DNA of 64,000 bases from Octopus vulgaris (Eukaryota). Position 1 is the stretch's first letter. Every line of letters begins with the position of its first letter. A program made the translations under genes and the position numbers. The stretch is from positions 58,466,001 to 58,530,000 of the forward strand of contig OX597824.1 of NCBI GenBank assembly GCA_951406725.2, in the 5' to 3' direction. Positions 1-14,368 of this stretch are shown in pieces. Below the pieces are notes generated by a model. The model did no database searches, was not told the DNA's origin, and saw only the letters and a program-made list of their open reading frames with translations.

Positions 1-410
1 AGATGTTGTGGGACTTCAACATTCGGGCTGACAGAGTATTAAAAGCTAGAAGGCCTGATTTGGTGCTAGTAGTAGTAGTAGTCCCAAATGATGAAAACAT
101 TAATAGGAGAGGTATAGAAAAAATAGCAAAGTACGAGGACCTAGCTATTCAATTACAGAGACTATGGAAATTGCGAGTAAAATGTATCCCAGTAGTTATA
201 GATGCATTGGGAACTATCCTTAAAGATTTGATAGAGGGAATAGACATAAAACCCAGTTTAATACAGCTGCAAAAAACAGTATTAATAGGGACAACTAGGA
301 TACTTAAGAGGGTTCTTGGCATTTAAGATTATTTATTGTAGCCCGATATTAGGATTTTTTTCTTTTCCAATAGTCTAATCTGTTGAATGAGTATGAAAAT
401 AATGATAATA
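1..410 (+). mobile_element. 3' end of an R4/Dong-type (RLE) non-LTR retrotransposon
   Basis: ORF 3..326 WDFNIRADRVLKARRPDLV...EKIAKYEDL...IPVVIDALG matches the restriction-like endonuclease C-terminus; short 3' UTR ending in an AAT-rich tail near 397-410. Confidence 0.85.
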
Positions 411-499
411 TCCGAAGTCAAAAGACTGATGCAGACCAAGCAACAATCCTTCAGTGGCTAAGACGTTCAGGATTGAAAGCAGAGACTGAAGGCTTCATA

Positions 500-1788
500 C
501 GAGGGGCGTTCAATAAGTAATGCCTCTGACCCACTTGCAGTTGTTTGATCTAGCTGAAATTTTGCATGTGCAATTATTTATATCTCTATAGATTAAGTGG
601 CAAATTACAGCTCTGAACTAATTGTGGTTTCCGATTTACAGGTGTTTGAACTGAGTCAAGTGTGAAATGGAGCATGTTGAGTGTCGAACAGTGATCCGGT
701 TTTTGTATTTGAAAGGACGCACACCACGGGAGGCTTTTGATGAAATGAAAGTAACTTATGGTGATGATGCCCCATCATATGACCTTGTAAAACGCTGGCA
801 TCGTGAATTCAAACATGGTCGGAACTCTGTGGAAACAGCTCCCAGATCTGGTCGCCCTCTTCTGCCATTGATGAGGCATCTGTCTGTCAAGTTGAGGCTG
901 CCATTTTGGAAGATCGATGCATAACTATTCGCCAAATAGCCCATGAGGTCAAGATTAGTACCGGGTCTGTGGAAACTATCATTCATGACCATTTGCATAT
1001 GCAAAAGGTGTCTGCCAGATGGATTCCCAGGCTGCTCACACCTTTTCAGAAGCAAGAACGCATCGATTGCTCGAGGATGAATTTGGAGATGTGCCAAGAT
1101 GAGTCAAAATTTTTCAAAAGACTGATTGCATAGGATAAAACCTGGGTCCATCACTATGATCCAGAGACCAAAGCCCAATCAATGCAGTGGAAGCACCGTG
1201 ACTTACCTCCTCCAAAGAAGGCAAGGGTGCAGCCCTCCGCTGGCAAGGTCATGCTTACAGTCTTCTGGGACCAGGAGGGGGTAGTGAAGACAGATTTCCT
1301 GGCAAAGGGTGCCACAATTATAGGAGTCTATTATGCTTCACTTTTGAGGAAATTAAGAGAAGCTATCAAAATCAAGAAGCGGGGCAAGATCAGCAAAGGC
1401 ATCCTCCTCCTGCAGGACAACGCTCCGGTCCACAACTCGCGTGTCGCCAGATCAGAAGCACAGGCGTGCGGCTATGAACTCATCTCCCATCCCCCCTACT
1501 CTCTTGACCTTGCACCCTCTGATTTTCACCTCTCCCCAGCCATGAAGTTGTTTTTGAAAGGAAAGCGTTTCCCAGATGATGCAGCCTTGATTTCTGAAGT
1601 CACGTCGTGGTTGGAGGACCAAGCTGGGGTCTTCTACAAAAACGGTCTTCAGAGCTGCATCAAACGATGGGAGAAATGCGTAACTCTGGGTGGTTCCTAT
1701 GTAGAAAAAGACTAATAACTGTTCCAAGTTTCGTTGCTCTACTGCTATGGGAAGTGGGTCAGGGGCATTACTTATTGAACGCCCCTCG
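500..1788 (+). mobile_element. Full-length mariner (DD34D) DNA transposon, 1289 bp
   Basis: 37-bp TIRs cgaggggcgttcaataagtaatgcc(t/c)ctgacccactt with 1 mismatch; TA duplication at 498-499 and 1789-1790. Confidence 0.96.
667..1715 (+). pseudogene. Mariner transposase pseudogene (frameshift near 860, stop at 1131-1133)
   Basis: Three ORF pieces join: HTH region with SGRP, WIPRLL, *DKTWVHHYDPE, QDNAPVH, PYSLDLAPSDFHL. Confidence 0.93.
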
Positions 1789-2448
1789 TACTGGCGACAC
1801 AAGATCAAAACTTGCTAACCAGAAATTGCTAGGCTAACGTTCTTCAAAACGGTACTGACCCAAAATGCAAATTCTTCGACACATTTGACGAAACAATAGA
1901 TGTCTTGGGATGTCTTTTTATGACAGCAAATGAATACAAAAATCACCATTATAGGGTCGTTCAGTATTTACATCGGTACTCCTGCTTACTGGTATGAACA
2001 TCATCTTGAGCCAGTCATTGAAGCTAAATATGTCACCATCCTCTGGGATTTTCCAGTCAACGTTGACAGAACGATCCAGGCTAATTGACCAGATATGATT
2101 ATTCAAGACGAGGAAGAAAATACTTGTAGACTAATAGATGTAAGTGTTCGCACAGCTAAAGGAATTTGACACAGTTAGTAAATATAAGGACCCGGAATCT
2201 GAAAAATGCGGCATCCTAAGCCAAAAGCTGTTCCTGTTATTGTAGGTGCACTTGGAATGATAATAAAAATTGTCAGAAACATCTAGACAACATCCGAGGA
2301 GAACTATGCCTTATGGAAATCCAAAAGATTGTGCTGACAAGTACTGCTCAGACCCTTAGAATGTTTGTGTTGCATTATACGGGAAGTATTTCTCTACTGC
2401 CCTCGCCATTTCCCCTCACCAATCTTTCAGTAATATTTCAACATCTCC

Positions 2449-2830
2449 CTTTTACTTGTTTCAGTCATGTGACTGTGGCCATGCTGGAGCACTGTCTTTA
2501 GTCGAGCAAATCGACCCCAGGACTTATTCTTTGTAAGCCTAGTACTTATTCTATCGTTCTCTTTTTTGCCGAACCGTTAAGTGACGGGGACGTAAACACA
2601 CCAGCATTGGTTGTCAAGGGATGTTGGGGGGGAGGGCAAACACAGACACACAAACACACACATACATATATACGACGGGCTTCTTTCAGTTTCCGTCTAC
2701 AAAATCCACTCACAAGGCTTTGGTCGGCCCGAGGCTATAGTAGAAGACACTTACCCAAGGTGCCACGCAGTGGGACTAAACCCGGAACCATGTAGTTCGT
2801 AAGCAAGCTACTTACCACACAGCCACTCCT
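2449..2830 (-). mobile_element. tRNA-derived SINE family A (octopus OR/OK-like, CORE-like segment)
   Basis: Minus-strand head with A box tggctgtgtgg, B-box-like ggtttagtcc and ccttgggtaagtg; many copies in the window. Confidence 0.85.
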
Positions 2831-2959
2831 ACAACTTTCACTTGTCCTAGGGCACTGGGTGTGTCCCAGCAAGTGGTTGCATCAAACATGCAGATTCAAA
2901 ATAAATAACAGTTATGATAATAATAACAATCGTTTTTGTAACGAGTTCAGTAACCGCAA

Positions 2960-3075
2960 GACTGAACTGGTACTTATTTTATCGATTCCGAAAATTTGTG
3001 AGATAGAGTCGACCTCGGCGGAATTTGAACTCAGCGTATAAAGACCTAGAAGAAATGCCGCTTAGTATTTTGTCC
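2960..3075 (-). mobile_element. SINE family B fragment
   Basis: Reverse complement of ctgagttcaaattccgccgaggtcgac...ataagtaccag, shared with the 26485 and 61950 copies. Confidence 0.7.
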
Positions 3076-4063
3076 GACGATAATAATAATAATGACGATG
3101 ATGATGATGATAAGCAAACCTATTCTGAATGATATTCCTATAGGGATCACACCTTGGTTTCATTTTCCTTTTAATCCTAATCTAATTGTTGTTTCTTCTT
3201 CTGAGGCAACAGGCTAAGAATGAAAAGAGATTTGGCTGCCATTTGTATTAAAAGAAATAATTCTTTATATATAACTTAGCGGGCAATATTTGACATCTCT
3301 GGTCTAATCATTAGCAATTACATTATCCCCTATATCCTTCACTTTTATAAGATGGGAATGTATGATTTGAAAGGATATTTGGTTGCTATTTCTAACTTGT
3401 AGAGTGACTGCGTGCATGTTTTCATTCCTGCTGCCACACCGCCGCCGTTGTTATTGTGACTTTCTTTGCTGTTGTTGCTATTGCTGATGTTTATGTTGTT
3501 ACTGCTGTTGTTATTGCTATTATTGTTGTAATTGTTTATGCTTCTGTCGTTTATATCGTTGATGATGATGACGCCCTTGTTGTTTGATGCAATTGTTGTT
3601 GTTGTTCATATTGTTGTTTCTGTTATTGTTGCTGTTTCAATAAAAGTACAAACTCATTAGAAAAGCTGTCAGTTTCTGCCTCCTTCACTTCTAACTGTCA
3701 CTCTCTGTTTCTCTCACTTTCTCGCAAAATATCTCACTCTGTCTCTCTATTTCACTGTCACACTCTCTCTATTCCTCTCATTGTATTAGTCTCTCTGTCT
3801 TTCTCTCAACTTCTTGCTCTGTCTCCTCCTCTCTCTCAATGTCTTATTTTCATTTTCCCTCTATCTTCCACTCTCTCTTTTCCAGTGATTATCTGCAATT
3901 GTAGTGGCTGTTGATAGTGTTTGTAGCAACGACTGTAGTAGTGTTGTTGTTGGAGGTGATGGTGATGGTGGTGTTGGTATTGGCGTTAGGGGAGTAAAGT
4001 TGGCCTTTTACGAAGTCTGAGAAATAAAAACGGACATATATATATAAATATATAATGGATATG

Positions 4064-4129
<66 letters not shown>

Positions 4130-4199
4130 ATGTGAGCTAGACAGAGGGGAGAAAAACGAGACAGAGAGTGTGTATGTGAGAGAGAGGGGAAAGAGATAT

Positions 4200-4248
<49 letters not shown>

Positions 4249-4513
4249 GTGAGTGAGTGCGTGTGTTCGTACGTGTATATATGTATACATGTATGTTTGT
4301 ATCTGTGCGTGTATGAGTGACAGGGAGGGAGAGAAGAGGAAGGAGAAAGATCGAAAGAAAGGAAAGAGTAAAAAAGAAAAATGGAAGACAAGAGAAACGA
4401 TAAAAAACTGATCTCGGAAATGAGATAGATAGACAGATACAGAGAGAGAGAGATAGAAGCACAAGAGTAGTGAGTGAACGTCCGGTGGAATACACACACA
4501 CATATATATATAC

Positions 4514-4571
<58 letters not shown>

Positions 4572-4629
4572 GTATATAGTATATGCGTGTGAGATATAAA
4601 TAAAGAGCAGCCGAGTGAACGATCGAAAG

Positions 4630-4672
<43 letters not shown>

Positions 4673-5834
4673 ATGAGAAAGGGGGATAGGGGGAAGGAGA
4701 GAGAAAGAGGAGGGAAGAGAGAAAGAGAGAGAGCGAAGGAGAGAAGCAGGCAGTAAAAGAGAGAAAGGGGGATTGGTTGGTTAATTAAAGGCGTTGTATT
4801 AAGTTTCAGCAATGCCGGATTCATTATGAGAAGCCGTAATACTTAAGTCGGCCAAATATGCTGGAAATGTGACAGTAAAATATGGCCGCTCGACATACGA
4901 TCTACAAGCAACCCATCTGTCTTTCTAGCTTTACACAAAATCCTGCGCACCAACGACCGCTGACATGAAGTACTGTTTTAGTAAATTGAGTTGATAATAA
5001 AATCTCACTCGTCGCTTTGGCTAAGTCTTCTTTTCTAAGTGGTTAACCAGATGGCCTCGTTTTACACACACACACACGTACGGCTATACATAGACAACTA
5101 TATACGTATATACATGCATGTGTGTGTATATACTTTTATACATACATATATGTGTATATATAAATGTATACATGCAAACAAGTATATATATGCGTGCATG
5201 TATGAAGTCCTTTGCCACTGTCTTCTGCCACTTCCTCTTCCTACTACTCCTAATTCTCTGTCTATTTGTGTGTCTGTCTGTCTCTCTCTCTCTCTCACTC
5301 TCTCTTTCTCTCTTTCTATGTCTCTCATGCTCACCCTTTACCTGCCACTCTTTCATGAGAGTCCTCCTTTTCCAGACTTTCTTCTCTCGCAAACACCTCC
5401 TCCTACCACTCCCTGACTTGCTTCTCTACACTTTTCGTCTTACTTTTGCATTCGATCGTTCAGCTGCTTCCTATCATAGCCTCACTCTCTCTCACTCTCT
5501 CTCTTTCTCTCACACAGTCTCCTGTGTTTATACACATGTATATACGTACACATATATGCATCTATATATTTATATAAGTATGTATGTGTATATATACATA
5601 TATGTATATATACAAACACTTATATTTGTGTATATATATATATGTATATATATACGCATATATATACATAGATGTCTCTGTGTGTGAGAGTGCATGTGTG
5701 TGTGTGTGTGTGCGTGCGTGTGTGTGCGTGTGCGTAAATTAATCCAGTATGTACTTTATTCTACTTCTGAATTCTTGCTTGATTGATTCTCCTTCTCACT
5801 CTCTCTCTCACTCTCTGCCTCTCCTATCTTTCTG

Positions 5835-5911
<77 letters not shown>

Positions 5912-7581
5912 ATACCTGTCTGTCCGTCCGTCTGTCTGTCTATATACCTGTGCCAAGCTATTAATCTATTTCTATGGGTTTGATGAACCCTCACTGAGCG
6001 CACCTATGATCAAGGAAATTCCAGGTATGACCATCCCAAATGTTGGTGGTGAGGTTATCAAAAAGCACATTATCTAAAGTTTGATCTTATCATTTCTTCA
6101 ATGATTCGAGGTAAAGATAGCACTTATTTTAAGCAGGTTGTGTATGCAGGTGGGCTACCCTTGTTAGATCATTTTTATAGATTTCCTGCTGTCTAACAAT
6201 CCACCTGTTAATTTCTCTTTCTATCTCTCTCTTTCTCTCTCACTATCTCTCTCTCTTATTACCTTTATTTCTATCTGTTTGCTTCCTTCTCCTTACTCTC
6301 TGTCTCAGTTTCTAACCTTTGTCTTCCCTTGTCTTTATATTTCTCGCAGAGTTCTGCGCTTCTAAAATTGGTCCATGACTTTGTCTTTTTTCGTTTTGTC
6401 TTTAATAGTTAAATTTCTGTTTTTTCCTTACTCTTTCAATGCCTAATAACCCATAATGCCTAATAGCCCATAGCAAAAGTCTAGCACAAACAGATTCCTA
6501 CAAAAACTTCAGTGAATGACAGTCAATCTAAACTAGGTCAAGTTAACGACCAAATATGACGATATCGATATGAAGACAAATGCCCTAAGCGTTATTGACA
6601 AAACTTATCGAGAAAAGAAATGTCTCCTAATAAGTGAAATTATGAAAATATACACAGCTACTGAGGTCTCAGATCAAATCACTGGCAGCATATATATGTT
6701 GACATGCGTAACTTAGAAAGTTTCAGCCAAGTTACAGTCTTATGAATGACGCTATTATGTTTAGCTTCCTAAAAATAACAACGTCACAAGAGTTCACTCT
6801 ATAAAACACTGCTTTCAAATATATCTTGAAATAGAGATAACTAGAATGTAGCGACCTGGAAACAATAAAACTACGGGTAATACTGGGAAGAGTAAGCAGA
6901 GAGACTTTCAGCTTTGTAAAAGACGAAAGTGGTTGAAATTGAAAGTAATGTCAGCAACATATCTCAAGATATCTATGTGTGTGTGTCATTGTGTGATGCG
7001 TACGTTGACGCGAAACTATCGGCCTTTCAGTAACAGTAACTTCTGTCGATGATCAATTAAAACCACATATATATATATCTTAATATTTATATATGTACGT
7101 TTATGCATATGCATATATGTGTGTGTGTATATATATATATATACACACACATGTTCATATATTTCTGTGTGTAGTATTTTGTTTGTAAAATGTAGTTGTA
7201 ATGCACACACATTTTCGCAGGCAGACATATAGCGTGTGAGGGCAGACATTTTACAAACGTCGCAGTCATACATTACACACAATTGTGTATATATGAGTGT
7301 GTATGATTATTTATGTGTGTGTGTGTGTGTGTGGGAGGTTATGTGTGTGTTTGGGAATGTTCACATGTTCGCACGTGTAACACTGAACGTCTCACAGATG
7401 ACGCTACACATCATCGTTGTTGTTGTTGCTGTGTTTGTTGTTGCTCTTGTTGTAGTTGTTGGCATGCTTCAGCTTGTAGCTTACAGACAGACAGAAACAG
7501 GCACAAGAAAAGAATGTCTTTTCATGTTATTTAAATTGTGGCTGATGACATAGATGGCTCCTTTTAGGTTCTTTGCGGTTG

Positions 7582-7670
<89 letters not shown>

Positions 7671-7791
7671 ATATGCAAGCACACATGTATGTGTGAGTGC
7701 TAGTCTATATGTATGTGTGCACATATGTTAGCGTATGTATATATATATACGTATGAATATACATATACGTATGAATATATATACGTATATG

Positions 7792-7869
<78 letters not shown>

Positions 7870-7891
7870 TGTATATATATTGACATCTATT

Positions 7892-7922
<31 letters not shown>

Positions 7923-8191
7923 GTATACACACACAAGCACACACACATATATGCATGTAGATATTTATGTATGCGTGTATGTACGTAGGCATGCATACAT
8001 ATATACAATATTACAGATGCAAAATTATGCTTCTTAGCAGCTGACTTGAGATGAAGTTCTACGTTGAAATAGAAACAATTACACCGTGTAAGAATCATTT
8101 TAGACATTTTTAAACGCCTAAAATGACTCTTCCATGAAATAATTGACGTATAACTGTACATATATATATATACGTATGTATGTACACATGC

Positions 8192-8247
<56 letters not shown>

Positions 8248-8820
8248 GCTTTGGAAATATACATGCGCGTGTGTATATGAGTGTATGTGTGAATGTGTGT
8301 ATGCAGGTGCTCCAATATTTACGTCACACAGTTCATCCTTTCTGTTTATCTCTCAAATTCTTCTGTCTCCACAGTCTCTGTTAGAATGCTGACAATCACT
8401 ATAACCATCCGCCAACACCATCATCAGTATTACTAGCAATATATCCACCCTTCCACCTGCCTCTATCCACAAATAAAAGAAGCATGAAATATATAAATAT
8501 TTGAAGTTTGAAAAACTGGCCAAATATTTCTCTTAGAAGTTCCCGCAAGAATTTAAACAAACAACCACATCCCTTTCTCTTTCGAGAGCGACGTCATCAC
8601 CTTAATTCTTTTCTTCATTATCGCCATCATCTTCTTCATCCTTTATATCACCATTGCTACCATCAATATCATCATCATCATCGACATCATTGTCATCACT
8701 TCCAATATCATCATCACAATCACCACCACGGCACCACCTGCACTAACATTTTGGATATATATATAATTAGATATGCGTCTGCATGAGTGTGCCCATGTAT
8801 GTATGTATGTATGTATGTAC

Positions 8821-8862
<42 letters not shown>

Positions 8863-8866
<4 letters not shown>

Positions 8867-9066
8867 AGAATTCACGAAAAAAAAACAAAATATGAAGACA
8901 GGTAGTGTAGAAAACAAACAGATGTATTAGTATAACGATCGGGAATTGAAAAAAGTCTTTTACGTTTCGAGCCTACGCTCGTCCACAGAAAGGAACACAG
9001 AAAGAAACATGGAGAGAAACAAGGAAAGAAAAAAATGTGTGCAGTGGCTACCGATCTATCATGGCG
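8863..9066 (-). mobile_element. Short Penelope-derived 3'-end repeat inserted in (TA)n
   Basis: Homologous to 29781-29970, which is the 3' end of a GIY-YIG element; carries a hammerhead-like motif. Confidence 0.65.
8957..8992 (-). ncRNA. Minimal type I hammerhead-like motif with variant core
   Basis: cttt-CUGUGGA-c-gagc(gtag)gctc-GAAA-cg-UA-aaag; A6 is replaced by U. Confidence 0.45.
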
Positions 9067-9191
9067 ACACATGTATGTCTATGCATATATATAAATATAT
9101 ATATATGTATTTATATTAAACATCTATATATATAACCATATTTATATATGTGTAAATATATAATTATACATATATGTATAAATATACATAA

Positions 9192-9236
<45 letters not shown>

Positions 9237-9279
9237 TGTGTGTGTGTATATATATATATGAATATGCTTATTTATGCTG

Positions 9280-9400
9280 CCGAGGTCAGCTTTATTTTTC
9301 ACTGTTTAGAGGTCGATTAAAGAAAGCGCCACTTAAGTACTGGGTCGATGTTAACGGTTAGGCCCCACCCCTCAAAATGTCTGGCATTGTAATAATTAGA
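9280..9400 (+). mobile_element. SINE family B 3' fragment
   Basis: ccgaggtcagcttt...gtcgattaa...ctgggtcgatg. Confidence 0.55.
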
Positions 9401-10398
9401 AACCCGTACTGTTAGTCAATGTTGCAGTTGTAAACGCAGAGTTCTATAGTTGCATGCTGTAATGATGTTAAAGCACGATGTTTTGGAAATGACGAAAACA
9501 AATGTAAAATGGTGAGTTAACACAAAAGATTATTTAGCTTTTATAGTGAACAAAACAGAAAATAAAATCTTCATTGACTTTGTGTGGCAATGGCATCTTG
9601 CTCATACAAACTGCAGAAGTTCGATCTCAATGCTTGTAGAGGGCGTTGAGTCGGACACATCTATCAACTTTACTCGCCGTAGCAAATGTGTTCCTGAATT
9701 GTGAAAACTTCGATTCCTAAGGACTACAAGGTTTCATGTATTAGCACATTGTAGATCCACGTTGACCTGATGTGATTTTCAAGACAAACTTTTATCATTC
9801 CACCTGCCATGATCATCCTATTAATCTGTTGGCTTATTATATTCAGGAGTGACTTACCAGGTCTAATCACTCATTTTAAAATAGCTTAAGTGAAGTTTAG
9901 GGTAATTTTATCTTCTGTTTTTAACAGGTCAAACGATTGCACACAAACTTCCTCGTTGGCGAACTGCATATCAGAATACATAGCAAGGTCTTCAACCAGT
10001 CTGATGAAGGTAATGTACAGGATAACTAGACATTCAGTCGCGTTCTTACAAAACACTGGAAATATGGTTGTAAGATATTCTGAGAGACGCACTACTGATC
10101 ACATGATCAAATAGCGATTAAAGTTTCCTCTATCGATGAACTGCTTTGGACATTGACGAGTTGTAGTTGCTCGCAAAGGATCGGGGTAAGAATCGATCGA
10201 AATGGAAATAACTTCAGACGAACAGCAATAGAGCTAAAAAGAAGATATAGTGTGAAGAAATAAACTATTAAATATTCGTTATACTTCAGTTTTAATGATA
10301 AATAACTGCGAAGAACAACTGATTTCTGTTTACTCGAGTACACACACTCTTAGAGTTTATATATATATGTATATATATATACATATGTACATAAAAGA

Positions 10399-10449
<51 letters not shown>

Positions 10450-11170
10450 TCACAGATGTTTATGTGTATGTGTATGTTATTTATATGATATCCTGTTCCG
10501 GATGTACTTCGCTATGATGTCATAATGTCTCTTGGGAGGATATATGTGTGTGTATGTGTGCGTGTGTGTGCGTGTGTGTGTGTGCGCGAGTGCGTGTGTG
10601 TATATACACAAAAATACATATCTGTGGGTGCATGTGTATGTATGTATGTATGCATGCATGCATGCATGTATGTATGTATGTATGTATGTATGTATGTATG
10701 TATGTATGTATGTATGTATGTATTGGAGTGGTTTCCTGTTACGCTCCGTCTCTGTAGTAATGAAACCTAAATTGTAAAGGAAGAGGAAAAGATAAAGTCA
10801 GAAAATGTAATTTGTGATGCTCATGTTTTTCCAAAGTATATTATCGAAACAATTATAGTTACTGTATGCAGTGTTGAACCTTGAAACTTAACTGCTCAAC
10901 GAGTTCAGACTATTGCCTATAATATTGTGTCTATAACATGACCTATAACATGGCCTATAACTGTTGCCTATAACATTGTGTCTATAACACTGCATTTAAT
11001 TAATGCTGAAAGTTGGTTTCTATAACAATTATTGCATATAAAATTGGTGCCTTTGAGCTCAATATACGAAACGTGAAAACTGTTTTTAAATTTGTGTGCA
11101 TATTGTGAAATTGGCAAGCTTGGGAATGGAAAGGTTCACTTTGGAACCACGTTGTTCCAAGTTCAATACC

Positions 11171-11354
11171 TATTTCTTTACTACCCACAAGGGGTTAAAC
11201 ACAGAAGGGACAAACAAGGACAGACAAACGGATTAAGTCGATTACATCGACGAAATAATTATGTACCAGTTACGTACTGGTGTCGATGTAATCGACTTAA
11301 TCCGTTTGTCTGTCCTTGTTTGTCCCTTCTGTGTTTAGCCCCTTGTTTGTAGTA
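11171..11354. repeat. Fold-back of SINE-B 3' ends (~73-bp arms, 30-nt loop) flanked by a 10-bp direct repeat
   Basis: Arms 11179-11251 and 11282-11354 with 3 mismatches; gttcaatacc at 11161-11170 and 11355-11364. Confidence 0.9.
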
Positions 11355-11696
11355 GTTCAATACCAACACTCAGCCTCTTGTTTAAGTCCACTTTTCCCTG
11401 GCGTAAAAGACTACATCTTCAGTGGCTTTATGATTTCACGAAAGTCGTATCGGTAGCCTTTAAGGAGGTTTAAACATGAAATTCATTGGAGATATCGTTG
11501 CGAATAGATGCCTCGATGACCTTTAAGATGCTGGGAAAAAAGGGTGATAGTACCGTAATTACCAGCCAGGGGGTTTCTTTTCTCAGGAATGTTGCACTTT
11601 ACAGTTTATTTCCACAAAAAGTGATATGTCCAGAGAAAGCTAGGTGAGAGAAAAAAAAGGGCCGAGGGAGAGAGAGAGAGAAAAAAAAAGAAAGTG

Positions 11697-11748
<52 letters not shown>

Positions 11749-11889
11749 CGGAAAGATTGAAGAGTTTGGTAAGAATAGAGGCTAGGTCTGGAGTTATATT
11801 GTTTAAGGAAGCTTGTTGCCTTGGTTTGAAGCAACTGAAATTTCTTCTGCAGTAATGTATGTGTGTGCATGATGGCGGTGACCCTGCTT

Positions 11890-13200
11890 ATGAGGAAAAG
11901 GATACTTTTTGAGAATAATTACTGAGTGTGAGTAGCATATAGATAGATACGATGTGAGCTAATTGTGGTGGTTACTTTTTACAGGATCAGGGGTAGGAAG
12001 TGCTGGAGAGAGGATACCATGAATACCGGAGAGGTAAATTTGAAAAGGGAAAGAAATAATCGGGAGGTAGAAGGACCGAGGTGCTGTACGATGGTCTAGG
12101 AGGATTTGTGTTATTGAGTAAGAGCCGTCCAGTTTGTACGGATGGGTGGTTTTCTCCAAGCACTGCACGCTAACTTCATTACCAGAACTGCTACAGTACA
12201 GCCATGAGTGAACCAGTTGCAGAATTTGGAGAATAGAGTTGGGATTGTTTGCGTGGAACATGCCTGAAAGGATGGATATCTGTTAGTCACTAACTTAGCT
12301 GTTTCATATGAGTCAGATGTTACATGTTTAACCTATGATAATCAGCATAAAACTGGCGGATTTCTGATTCATCATCTGATTTAAAATGTGGCAGAGCTTG
12401 ACTTGAAGTGATATAAACCTGACACTGGTGATGATATATTATAAATAGTATTCTCAAGAGTAGTTACGACAAGGCCTTTTTCGGACGACCCAGTAGGTCG
12501 TCAGAGAGAAGGGGGAGAGGGAGAGAGGGAGATGATCTGTAGATCTTGGGTAGATCAAGGATATTTCTGCGTGTGTGCCAGAAATCTGTATAGGCATGTA
12601 TTCTGAATAGGCATGAAATCTGAATAGGCATCAGTATAGGATGAGTGTAAGGGCAAAGAACGTTTGCGAGTGTTGATCTCTCCGGAAACGATAGTTTAAG
12701 AGAGGGTAGAAGTAAGATGAGATGGAGGAAGTGATATGAACGAACAGTTGTTAACAGTCGGAGGTGATCAGTGAACGACAGCAGAAGCAGATGGCGGTTT
12801 AAAGGGAATGAAATTGTGAGCTAGAGTAACTGGAAGTCATTGCTACTGTTATGCATGTGAGAGAGGTGAGTCGTAATGAGAATATACTCTAAATATACAC
12901 ACACACTACCTTTTTGGGTGGAATATGAACAGACAATGTAGCCTGCACATTAGAGATGTTCTATAGACTGGTGTCTCGGAGAGGAAATGGTTATCGAGGA
13001 GGAAGAATTGTCTAGCGGGATCAGTTTTAGGTTATGCTATAATGTATATATTTCAAGGTGCTACGTTAAATCCTTACAGAGCTTGATCCGAATGATACAT
13101 CATAGCGAACTTCACTAAATTTTTAGGGACGAGGAGTTCGTGTTGAGGAGGCCGGTGTGATGTGCCTACACGGCCGAATCCATGAAGTTCTCAATGTTTA
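11890..13200 (-). mobile_element. Highly degenerate Penelope-like remnants
   Basis: Weak RT and C-terminal similarity (FPFQIYL, YRFRRDQ); hammerhead remnant CUGACGA...GAAA-aaggcctt-GUC at 12463-12508. Confidence 0.4.
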
Positions 13201-13614
13201 AATACCGTAATGCGGTGAGCTGACAGAATTTTCCCTGCACAGGAAGCTAATTAGAAGAGACTAGTTTCCTTTCCAGGTAAAATCTCATCACTTATCCGAT
13301 AAAAACTACCAAGTGTTCTGTAAGGGACATATTTAAATTAATTGAATTCAATTATCTTTAATTAGCTATAAGAATTTATAAATCTAATTTGAAAATATGT
13401 AGAGCTATTGAGTATTTGTGAGAGCGTGCACGCGTTTGTGTTTGTGCGTGTGAGTATGCACACACACACACACACATGTACACATTTGTATATATATATG
13501 TATATGTATATATGTGTATGTATTTGTAAACATGCATGCATATATATATATATACACACACACATATATACACATACATATATATGTATGTGTATATATG
13601 TATATATGTGTGTG

Positions 13615-13650
<36 letters not shown>

Positions 13651-14329
13651 TGTATGTATGTATGTATGTATGTGTGTGTGTTTTTCTGTGTATATGTGTG
13701 TAAAGCTGAAAAATATAGTTCAAATATGTACGTAAGCCCCCAGTAGACGTTAGAGCAGGTTTCCATGGAGGAAGAGGAAATTAGACGAAATATTTCTTGT
13801 CTACTGGGTGTGTACATGGCTATGGAAGCAGGAAATTGTTCGTGTATGTCTACGTGCAACGTGAATATAAACACACAGGCGCGCGCAAACACATACGCGC
13901 ACACTCACACACAAGCTCTCACACACATACACACACACATATATATAAATAGACGGGCATATATGTACACACACATATATATGTAGGGTTTCATGCAGTT
14001 CTTTACATGTGAATATGTGCGTGTTTGGTTACGCATATGGATTTTTTGTGTATGTTTGCAACTATATGTCTTTGAATGCATGTCTTTTTGTGGAGAAATA
14101 CATACGTACATACATGCACACATATATCGATGCACGCACTCATACATACATGTATGTAGATAAATTACACACACACACAATTCAAGCTCAATCTGAGTTT
14201 AAATTCTTAACGGTGTTGAAAGAAGTTTGCTTTCTAACTTCATGGTTTCGAGTTCAGTCCCACTGAATAATCTCACGCCAACCAAAACCCCGTGAACGGA
14301 TTTGGTTGACGGAAGCTGAAAGAAACTTG

Positions 14330-14368
<39 letters not shown>

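Larger units (their letters stand above)
411..2362 (+). mobile_element. Second degenerate R4/Dong-type fragment, interrupted by a mariner
   Basis: WLRRSGLKAETEGFI|LATQDQNLLTRN reads through across the mariner; downstream ILWDFPVNVDRTIQAN*PDMII...LIDVSV, VPVIVGALG, EIQKIVLTSTA. Confidence 0.85.

Noticed and set aside
9996-10059. ccagt-CUGAUGA...actgg as a hammerhead
   Set aside because: No GAAA, stem III or UH in the required position
9500-10100. Possible exon or RT remnant (FCFVHYK on the minus strand)
   Set aside because: Single weak motif; motif order inconsistent; cannot be assigned
10910-10990. Short ctataac-containing repeats as a CRISPR-like array
   Set aside because: 11-13-bp degenerate minisatellite without spacers, in a eukaryotic context
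13739-13808. 10-bp inverted repeat cccagtagac/gtctactggg
   Set aside because: Short stem with a 50-nt unpaired loop; could be chance
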